From contig JAQVXQ010000001.1 of NCBI GenBank assembly GCA_028709085.1, forward strand, positions 16,545-80,544: a stretch of DNA of 64,000 nucleotides, in the 5' to 3' direction. The stretch is from Salinivirgaceae bacterium. Lineage in GTDB: Bacteria; Bacteroidota; Bacteroidia; Bacteroidales; Salinivirgaceae. Of this stretch, positions 57,203-64,000 are shown in pieces. The position numbers were made by a program, and so were the translations under genes. Positions within the stretch are counted from its first letter, which is position 1, and each line of letters opens with the position of its first letter. The notes under the pieces are model-generated. The model ran no database searches, was not told the DNA's origin, and saw nothing but the letters and a program-made list of their open reading frames with translations.

Positions 57203-57210
57203 CAAATATA
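57203..57210 (-). promoter_or_regulatory. Candidate -7 box (TATATTTG) for the sigma-factor gene
   Basis: Exact TAnnTTTG on the minus strand 85 nt upstream of ATG 57118. Confidence 0.4.
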
Positions 57211-57432
57211 GTAGTTTTTTTGAATGACCAAACATGAAAACTATTTTATTATTTAATTTAACTACATTTTAACATCCAAAAATCCAGTTGAAAACCCCTA
57301 CCTACAATTGTATATGGAAATTTAGTATATAATGAAACACGATATCTACTAGTAATCAACAACATAAATAACAAATGTGAAATGAAGCGTGAAAAAAGTT
57401 TTTATTTCCTTTGAGGAACTGTTAAAAATACT

Positions 57433-57440
57433 TACTTTTG
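57433..57440 (+). promoter_or_regulatory. -7 box (TACTTTTG) of tRNA-Lys
   Basis: Exact TAnnTTTG 12 nt upstream of the mature tRNA 5' end, the same spacing as at the other tRNA units. Confidence 0.55.
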
Positions 57441-57452
57441 CAATTCTTCATT

Positions 57453-57525
57453 GATTCAGTAGCTCAGTAGGTAGAGCACATCCCTTTTAAGGATGGGGTC
57501 CTGGGTTCGAGCCCCAGCTGGATCA
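57453..57525 (+). tRNA. tRNA-Lys (anticodon TTT)
   Basis: GATTCAGTAGCTCAGTAGGTAGAGCACATCCCTTTTAAGGATGGGGTCCTGGGTTCGAGCCCCAGCTGGATCA. Anticodon loop is CTTTTAA. Confidence 0.9.
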
Positions 57526-57526
57526 C

Positions 57527-57566
57527 AAAGCAGTTTTTATGTTCGCATAGAAACTGCTTTTTTTTT
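57527..57566 (+). terminator. Intrinsic terminator after tRNA-Lys
   Basis: 10-bp perfect stem AAAGCAGTTT / AAACTGCTTT followed by a long T run. Confidence 0.8.
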
Positions 57567-57843
57567 GCTTGAAAATTGGGATTGATCCTTCAAAAAAATA
57601 ATCTACGTGTTAGGAATATATTTATCGTTCCTAGCATGTAGATTATTAAGCAATTTCAAACTTCAAAATTACTTTTTGGGAGGGCTCTTTTTCATTAACA
57701 TTCGCTTCGTAGTCTGATCAACGAATAAAATAACAACAACAACTAATGCAGCATAAATCATAGCACCAAATTTTAAGTTAGATAAATAAGTTAAATTCAC
57801 AAGTACAAAATTCGAACATTCATATGCATTTGTAAAGGCTTTT

Positions 57844-57883
57844 AAGTTAAATAATTACAAAGTAAAGTTAATTAATTACAAAG
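57844..57883 (+). repeat. Two 19-nt direct repeats with 21-nt register
   Basis: AAGTTAAATAATTACAAAG (57844-57862) and AAGTTAATTAATTACAAAG (57865-57883), 18/19 identical. Followed by ACTTAA at 57891, 57901 and 57912. Confidence 0.7.
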
Positions 57884-57946
57884 CACATTTACTTAAAATT
57901 ACTTAATATTCACTTAATTGATATTTTTAAGTTGCTTAAAAATATC

Positions 57947-57954
57947 TATATTTG
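57947..57954 (+). promoter_or_regulatory. Candidate -7 box (TATATTTG) for the 372-aa hypothetical gene
   Basis: Exact TAnnTTTG 23 nt upstream of ATG 57977. Confidence 0.45.
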
Positions 57955-57976
57955 TACTTTATAACAGCTTAATTGT

Positions 57977-59095
57977 ATGCATCGGTTACAACCTTTTCCG
58001 CACTATCTATTACACAACACTATTACTCTGATACCCAGTGTTTCGGAGATGATGGTTGTGTATGTAGATGCCGATTTGCACAGGGAAATTATGCTGAAAA
58101 AGACAAGCGATAATAAGGGAGAAATTACTGAAGTAGCGCACTTTAGCTACTCTAAGGTAAAAAAGTCACTTAAAGATAAAAATTGGCAGTGGATTACTGA
58201 TGCTGAAATGCCACTGGTAAAACAGGATGCCCTATCAAGCAATAATCGGACTTTATTTGAAGAAAATAAAGTTAGAAATCTACAAGTAAATTTGCTTAAT
58301 AAAAATAAGGATGCTGTATTTATATGCTATTTTACGTTTAGTGAACATAGTCCACTTTTTGGGCATGCGTCGGAATTGGAACTAACAATGGAAAATAAAA
58401 CGTTAATTGCAAATATGGTTTCAAATGTATTATTACAATATTTGGAGTTGTACCATTCGCAAATTGATGCTACAGCATTTATTAGCGACCAATTTAAGTA
58501 TAACGAAGAGCAGTTAAAACATGTTTACCTAAACCTTGAAACTCAAAAAGAGAACAATAAAGTGTTAATTAAGCAATTTTGCGATATTACCTTACGTGAA
58601 TTTTCCATAAAAAACGGTGTTAATTTTAGTTATTCAGATCTATTTCTCAATAAAATTTTCAATGAAAACCCATCGTTGACTGAGATAAAAGAGTCATTAG
58701 AAATGGCAATGAGCCAATTGTTAGTGATGTTTCCGGCAGATAAAATAATAACCATAGAACCCTGGCATTTGACTCCGAATCAAGCTCGAATTGCCCCTAA
58801 AGCACAATCAACAAACGATGTTCGCTATGGTAGAACTATTGAGTTGCTCGATCGGTTAGAAGATGCCGGTATGCGTGTCAAACAGCAACAAATGAAGATG
58901 ACTGGAACCACCGTTGGCATGCATTGCGATACGCCCATTAGCGCACCTGCAATAACAGATGCGCTAAAGAAGCATAGTGCTCGTATCATTAAGTTAATGA
59001 AGTTATATCCCGATAAATGGGCTTTGCTCCGCTCCGATTTTCGTCCGCTCCAAAATATCTTGGATATTGGAATGAGTAATTCAGAAACGGCTTAA
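57977..59095 (+). CDS. Hypothetical protein, possible DNA-binding regulator (C-terminal HTH-like segment)
   Basis: 372-aa ORF with no signal peptide or TM. The C-terminal segment TGTTVGMHCDTPISAPAITDALKKHSARIIKLMK has helix-turn-helix character. No family recognised. Confidence 0.55.
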   Translation: MHRLQPFPHYLLHNTITLIPSVSEMMVVYVDADLHREIMLKKTSDNKGEITEVAHFSYSKVKKSLKDKNWQWITDAEMPLVKQDALSSNNRTLFEENKVRNLQVNLLNKNKDAVFICYFTFSEHSPLFGHASELELTMENKTLIANMVSNVLLQYLELYHSQIDATAFISDQFKYNEEQLKHVYLNLETQKENNKVLIKQFCDITLREFSIKNGVNFSYSDLFLNKIFNENPSLTEIKESLEMAMSQLLVMFPADKIITIEPWHLTPNQARIAPKAQSTNDVRYGRTIELLDRLEDAGMRVKQQQMKMTGTTVGMHCDTPISAPAITDALKKHSARIIKLMKLYPDKWALLRSDFRPLQNILDIGMSNSETA

Positions 59096-59293
59096 TTAGT
59101 CTTTGCAAAAAACGCCAAATTACTCATAAAGTGTTTATTTTTGGCATTCGTGAATCGCTCCGCTTATTTCTGCGTTATTCTGGTTTTTAAAAGCTCTCGA
59201 TAAGAATACGGGACAGACTTTATCTTTTACGATTTTTTATCAAAGACAGAAAACATAGTATTTTCTTGCTGATACTAAATAGTGCTCACAAAA

Positions 59294-60931
59294 CTAAATA
59301 AGTGAATTTGCCTTTTCCAACGCTTTAGAAAAATCGGGACAAATGTTTGCTTTCCCAATTTTAAATGAGATCCGTTCTTTATCCAGTTCATTGGCAACCT
59401 GTGGGTTAACACCAGAAAGAATCACTTTAGTTCCCTTGTGCTCCAACATTGATACGGCTTCTTTTAGGTTTTTCAGACCCGTTGAGTCAATAAATGGAAC
59501 GTGTCGCATTCGAATAATTAGAACCTTATATTTTACGCCATTTCGTTGAAGTATCTCGTTATAATGTTTTGCTGAGGCAAAAAAGAAGGGTCCACTAATT
59601 TCATAGATTCCTATTTCCTTGTTAATATCCGAATAGTTTTCAAGCAAGTCAGAGTCAAATGAAGTTCCAATTTCAGGTTTAACATCGGCCATTCGTTTCA
59701 TAAACAAGAGAGCTGAAAGAACAATTCCTACCTGAATAGCTACCGTAAGGTCAACAACAACGGTAAGAATAAATGTAGTTAGCAATATAATGACATCGAA
59801 GGCTTTCCCTCTAAATATCCCCACAAAAGAACGCCATTCACTCATATTATAGGCTACAACTATAAGAATTCCGGCTAAACACGACATTGGAATCAAAGTT
59901 GCCCATTTACCAAAAATAAGCATAATTAAGAGTAATGTTAGTGCATGAATAATTCCGGCAATGGGCGTTCTACCACCATTCTTAACATTGGTTGCAGTAC
60001 GCGCAATAGCTCCTGTGGCTGGAATACCTCCAAAAAATGGAGTTACAATGTTGGCTATTCCTTGTGCTATAAGTTCGGTATTAGAACGATGGTTTCCTCC
60101 TATCATTCCGTCGGAAACAACCGCTGAAAGCAATGATTCAATTCCACCCAAAAGCGCAATTGTAAGCGCTGGAGCAATATAGTGTCGCATGTTAGACCAA
60201 TCGATGGATGGAATTGAAAACTCAATATTATTGGGAATTTCACCATATACACTTCCAATAGTGGTAACCTCTAAACCAAAAATAGAAACCAAAGCAGTTA
60301 TAAATAATATGGCAATGAACGATCCTGGAACAATCGAAGTTATTTTTTTAGAATATACGGCTATCAAAATCGTAATGGCAGTTAAAATAAGGGCTGTAAA
60401 ATTAACCGTGCCAATATTCATAAAATAGACAATCCATTTGTCGAAAAAATCAGCGGGAACTGCATCAATTGTTAAACCAAAGGCATCTTTTATTTGTGTT
60501 GAGAAAATTACCAACGCTATTCCACTAGTGAAGCCTACAATTAAAGGATGAGGAAAAAAGCGTAAAAGTGCTCCTAGTTTTAACAATCCGAACACAACAA
60601 GAATCACTCCTGCCATTATTGTGGAAAGCAGTAATCCGTCAAGTCCATATTGTGCAACTATGCCATATACAATAACGATAAACGCACCCGTAGGACCTCC
60701 AATTTGAACTCTACTCCCTCCTAAAACGGAGATGATAAGTCCAGCTATAATCCCCGTTACGATTCCTTTTTCGGGCGAAACCCCTGATGCTACAGCAAAT
60801 GCAATTGATAAAGGAAGGGCTACAATTCCAACAATAATCCCAGCTAGAACGTCCTTTGTAATTTCCTGCCGGGTTAACCCTTTTCTTAAAACTGAAAATA
60901 ATTTTGGTTTAAAAATATCATTACTTGCCAT
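59294..60931 (-). CDS. SulP-family anion transporter with C-terminal STAS domain
   Basis: 545 aa with a multi-TM SulP core (GIIVGIVALPLSIAFA, GGPTGAF) and a STAS domain (VLIIRMRHVPFIDSTGL). Confidence 0.85.
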   Translation of the reverse strand: MASNDIFKPKLFSVLRKGLTRQEITKDVLAGIIVGIVALPLSIAFAVASGVSPEKGIVTGIIAGLIISVLGGSRVQIGGPTGAFIVIVYGIVAQYGLDGLLLSTIMAGVILVVFGLLKLGALLRFFPHPLIVGFTSGIALVIFSTQIKDAFGLTIDAVPADFFDKWIVYFMNIGTVNFTALILTAITILIAVYSKKITSIVPGSFIAILFITALVSIFGLEVTTIGSVYGEIPNNIEFSIPSIDWSNMRHYIAPALTIALLGGIESLLSAVVSDGMIGGNHRSNTELIAQGIANIVTPFFGGIPATGAIARTATNVKNGGRTPIAGIIHALTLLLIMLIFGKWATLIPMSCLAGILIVVAYNMSEWRSFVGIFRGKAFDVIILLTTFILTVVVDLTVAIQVGIVLSALLFMKRMADVKPEIGTSFDSDLLENYSDINKEIGIYEISGPFFFASAKHYNEILQRNGVKYKVLIIRMRHVPFIDSTGLKNLKEAVSMLEHKGTKVILSGVNPQVANELDKERISFKIGKANICPDFSKALEKANSLI

Positions 60932-61389
60932 AATTATATAAATTTATAATTGTTCTTTGTTTCGGATATATAGTATAATCCTCAACAGTTTAAAAATGTT
61001 AATTCAATGTTTTTTAGTTATTATGAATCTGTCAATTAACCTATTTTCAATATCACTCTCCAAGTATAATTTGTGCCCTTCGACAATATTTCGACATGCT
61101 CAACACAACGCGTTTAGGCTTACATCAGACAGACCGAAGTTGATCTTTTTTATCTTAATTAAACGATATTGTATGTTAATTCGCAATTTAAGAATGTTGA
61201 AATTTTAATTGAAATGCAAAGGTATAGTCTATTTCATAATTAATCTTAGATTTTTTAAATAAATTACTCGAGGGAATTGTCCTTATTTCTATGAAGTATT
61301 TTTGCTATTTTTGCATAGAAATCGAATTAGGACTAATTTAATAGTTATCGGCTCGTAATGCACAATAAATAAACTATATAATCTGCGCA

Positions 61390-61944
61390 ATGACATTTAA
61401 ACAATGCATAGGAAAGCTACTGCTTAAAATAACGGGTTGGAAAATATTGGGTTTTAAACCCAAAGAAGAGAATTTTATATTGGTTGTTTTTCCTCATACT
61501 AGTTATTATGACTTTTTTGTAGGCAAAATATTTAATTTATATATCGGATTTCCAATTTATTATATGATTAAAAAAGAAGCGTTTATCTTTCCTTTTGGAT
61601 GGCTTTTAAAAGCTTCGGGGGGTGTCCCTATCGATCGCAAAAAGCCAAGTGCCACCATGCTTCAAATGATAGAACGGTTTAATGATAAAAATCAGTTCGT
61701 ACTGTCAATTGCACCTGAGGGAACGCGCGAAAAGGTCGAAAATTGGAAACCCGGGTTTTGGTATTTTGCATCAAAGGCGAATGTTCCCGTTGTTCCAGCC
61801 GGGATGAATTATAAAAACAAAACGGTATATTTTGGCAAGCCAATTTATATGACCGAAGATAGAGATGCTGATATTGAACGTGTTAAAAACGTTTTTCGCA
61901 ATATTGACCTATGTGGAAAACATCCCGATCAATCACAATTATAA
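61390..61944 (+). CDS. PlsC-type lysophospholipid acyltransferase family protein
   Basis: 184 aa with the HxxxxD motif (PHTSYYD) and an APEGTR motif. Confidence 0.7.
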   Translation: MTFKQCIGKLLLKITGWKILGFKPKEENFILVVFPHTSYYDFFVGKIFNLYIGFPIYYMIKKEAFIFPFGWLLKASGGVPIDRKKPSATMLQMIERFNDKNQFVLSIAPEGTREKVENWKPGFWYFASKANVPVVPAGMNYKNKTVYFGKPIYMTEDRDADIERVKNVFRNIDLCGKHPDQSQL

Positions 61945-61947
61945 AAC

Positions 61948-62727
61948 ATGACAACTAATTTACGTGTAACTGCCATCCAAATGGATATCGTTTGGGAAAA
62001 TCCTGCTGCTAACCGATCTCAAATAGAAAAATTACTCCCCGCCAGAGAGAATAGTGATGTTGTTATTCTCCCTGAAATGTTTTCAACCGGATTCACTCCG
62101 AATGGCAAACTGGTGGCCGAAACAATGAATGGGTCAACGGTTCGTTGGATGATAAAGAGTGCGGCGGAGATGAATTACGCCATTGCCGGTAGTTTAGTGA
62201 TTCAGGAAAATAGGAAAATCTATAATCGTTTTGTGTGGGCAAACCCCAACGGTGAAGTGGTAAAATACGATAAACGACACTTATTTACTTACGGCAAGGA
62301 ACATTTGCACTATACGCAAGGTGATAAAAGAGTAATCATAAATTATGCTGGATGGCGAATTTTGCCGCAAATATGCTACGATTTGCGTTTCCCAGTTTGG
62401 TCGCGCAATTGCAATGACTATGATTTAGCCATTTATGTTGCCTCGTGGCCTGCAACTCGTATTTGGATTTGGGATCATTTGTTGGTGGCACGAGCAATTG
62501 AAAATCAAGCATATATAATTGGCGTAAATCGAGTTGGAACCGACGGCATGGGGTTAGAATATTCAGGGCACAGCCAAATAATTAACCCAAAGGGAGAGAT
62601 TATTCAGAAATCGAAAATCCAAGGAGAGGAAAACATGAACGCTATTCTTGATTTTGAAATGGTCCAAAATTGGCGAAGTTTTTTCCCCGCCCTTGAGGAT
62701 CGAGATTCGTTTTTAATATCGCAATAA
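61948..62727 (+). CDS. Carbon-nitrogen hydrolase (nitrilase superfamily; omega-amidase/YafV-like)
   Basis: 259 aa with E-K-C triad contexts LPEMF, YDKRHLF and QICYDLRFP. Confidence 0.8.
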   Translation: MTTNLRVTAIQMDIVWENPAANRSQIEKLLPARENSDVVILPEMFSTGFTPNGKLVAETMNGSTVRWMIKSAAEMNYAIAGSLVIQENRKIYNRFVWANPNGEVVKYDKRHLFTYGKEHLHYTQGDKRVIINYAGWRILPQICYDLRFPVWSRNCNDYDLAIYVASWPATRIWIWDHLLVARAIENQAYIIGVNRVGTDGMGLEYSGHSQIINPKGEIIQKSKIQGEENMNAILDFEMVQNWRSFFPALEDRDSFLISQ

Positions 62728-62861
62728 AACCACACTAAAAATAGGTGCAATTCTGAATTATGCATCTTTTCTTCCAGCACAATAATTCACTCATAATGTG
62801 TAATTTAGATTTCATATGGTACAAAATATCATATCGTAAAAATAAAAAGTAATTCGATTTC

Positions 62862-62875
62862 CTAAATCGTTTTAG
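62862..62875. promoter_or_regulatory. Candidate LacI-family operator
   Basis: CTAAATCGTTTTAG is a 12/14 palindrome with a central CG, 10 nt upstream of the -7 box of the lacI-family gene. Confidence 0.4.
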
Positions 62876-62884
62876 ATTTTTGTA

Positions 62885-62892
62885 TATATTTG
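62885..62892 (+). promoter_or_regulatory. Candidate -7 box (TATATTTG) for the LacI-family gene
   Basis: Exact TAnnTTTG. It lies only 5 nt before ATG 62898, which argues for the ATG at 62910 as the real start. Confidence 0.4.
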
Positions 62893-62909
62893 CCAAAATG
62901 AATTTTCAA

Positions 62910-63941
62910 ATGGCAAAAAAAGTATCCATTTCCGATATAGCAGAATGTCTGGGTGTTTCGAAAACACTTGTATCATTAGTAATTAATGGCAAGGCGGAAC
63001 AGTACGGAATAAATGCACAAACAAAAAAACGAGTTTTAGATAAAGTTGAGGAGCTCAACTATCGACCCAATCTGTTAGCGCAGGGTTTTAGAACAGGAAA
63101 AACAAACACAATTGGGGTTATTGTCTCCGATATAGCCAACCGTTTTTACTCACGCATTGCTCGTAAAATTGAAGATTTAGCTTGGAAAAACGGATATAGC
63201 GTCGTTATTTGCTCCACCGATGAAAATGTTGACAAAGAACTTCAACAAATAAAACTACTTCAGGAACGAAAAGTTGACGGCTTAATTATCTCATCATCGC
63301 AATTGGATGCCGAATTTTTCAATACCCTTAACGATGCACATTTCCCACATGTTTTAATTGACCGTCGGTTTGAAAATATGACCTCATCCTCGGTGGTTAT
63401 CGATAATCAAAGTGGAGCACAAATGGCTGTTAATCATTTAATTAGTCAAGGATACCGAAAGATAGGCATGATCTCCATAACGCCGCAACATATCTCATCA
63501 ATTCGGGAAAGAGTTCATGGTTTTTACCAAGCCATGGAATTGGCAGAACTAGAGGTTAACCCACTGTGGAACATCGATGTACCCTTTGATAATATGGAAA
63601 ATGAGATAAGGAATAGTCTGCAACAACTACATAGTCAACATAATTTGCCCGAAGCATTTTTCACACTTAACAACAACTTAACATCCACCTGTTTGATGCA
63701 ACTTCGCGAGTTATCGGTAAAAATCCCCTCCGACGTTGCCTTAATCGGATTTGACGATGTGTTATATTTTGATTTCACAAACCCCTCTATCACAGCGATT
63801 GAGCAACCAGTCGATTTAATTAGCGAGCAGGCTTTTAATCTACTGTTGAAGCAAATTAAAAAAAACGATGTAACAAAAGAGGAACGTTCCATTTGTTTGC
63901 CAATAAGTATAAATATCAGAGAATCAACCATTAAACGATAA
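62910..63941 (+). CDS. LacI-family transcriptional regulator
   Basis: Start taken at MAKKVSISDIAECLGVSKTLVSLVING (HTH), followed by a periplasmic-binding-protein-like sugar-binding core. Track start 62880 and ATG 62898 are possible alternatives. Confidence 0.85.
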   Translation: MAKKVSISDIAECLGVSKTLVSLVINGKAEQYGINAQTKKRVLDKVEELNYRPNLLAQGFRTGKTNTIGVIVSDIANRFYSRIARKIEDLAWKNGYSVVICSTDENVDKELQQIKLLQERKVDGLIISSSQLDAEFFNTLNDAHFPHVLIDRRFENMTSSSVVIDNQSGAQMAVNHLISQGYRKIGMISITPQHISSIRERVHGFYQAMELAELEVNPLWNIDVPFDNMENEIRNSLQQLHSQHNLPEAFFTLNNNLTSTCLMQLRELSVKIPSDVALIGFDDVLYFDFTNPSITAIEQPVDLISEQAFNLLLKQIKKNDVTKEERSICLPISINIRESTIKR

Positions 63942-63947
63942 GTAATC

Positions 63948-64000
63948 ATGAAAAACAAAACTTTTCCAATTTTTCTAGCCTTTTTAGCCATGGGATTCGG
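63948..64000 (+). CDS. Start of a membrane protein, probably a sugar transporter (runs off the right edge)
   Basis: ATG 63948 gives MKNKTFPIFLAFLAMGF..., hydrophobic, 6 nt after the LacI stop. Only 17 codons are visible. Confidence 0.35.
   Translation, partial: MKNKTFPIFLAFLAMGF

Noticed and set aside
57453-59293. Possible genomic island integrated at tRNA-Lys (AT-rich DNA and a hypothetical gene directly 3' of the tRNA)
   Set aside because: There is no integrase, recombinase or mobility gene. I could find no direct repeat of the tRNA 3' end downstream. The tRNA has its own clean terminator.
60957-61208. 83-aa ORF in the 458-bp SulP / acyltransferase divergent intergenic region
   Set aside because: It has a TTG-type start, a low-complexity hydrophobic/Ile-Leu-rich product typical of AT-rich non-coding DNA, and no promoter box or family resemblance. 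The region more likely holds the two divergent promoters.

Overview
This is an AT-rich (judged by eye, not computed) chromosomal segment that looks like core genome of a Bacteroidota member. Support for that: Shine-Dalgarno sequences are almost absent, exact TAnnTTTG -7 boxes sit in front of many genes and all three tRNA units, and the gene content fits (an rnf operon led by an RseC-like gene, a GWxTD protein, a gyrA-TPR pair). I support about 50 protein genes, 6 tRNAs (a Tyr-Gly-Thr-Gly cluster, Arg, Lys), and several intrinsic terminators and candidate promoters. Gene content includes rnfD(partial)/C/B plus rseC-like, hutI-ftcD, two-component systems, a tandem-duplicated adenylate kinase, gyrA, clpC and tpx. 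It also includes a transporter/nucleotidyltransferase/anomeric-kinase operon, an XRE-pyrD pair, satP, cutC and uvrA. A capsule/EPS operon (aminotransferase, AsnB, GT4, Wza, Wzc, WecA-like, lytic transglycosylase) is followed by pepD, DPP-IV, an IMPase, mtaB, an RRM protein, an ECF sigma, SulP, a PlsC-like acyltransferase, a nitrilase-family amidase, LacI and the start of a transporter. I saw no rRNA, CRISPR array, transposase, integrase, or recognisable defence or toxin-antitoxin module, and I cannot point to a clear-cut novel multi-gene system. The best leads are: (1) an array of TTACA-N(2-4)-TGTAA palindromes flanking both ends of the XRE-pyrD unit, next to a 640-bp ORF-free gap. (2) An in-frame TAA that cuts off the last 33 conserved-looking codons of mtaB. 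(3) A fused double adenylate kinase whose second half has an altered DGFPR motif. (4) A NahK/AmgK-like kinase with the catalytic-loop Asp replaced, inside a sugar-salvage-type operon. (5) A 372-aa uncharacterised HTH-like protein preceded by 21-bp-phased direct repeats. (6) An ECF sigma gene with a perfect SD in an otherwise SD-poor genome. All functional calls rest on motif recognition by eye; no database search was run.
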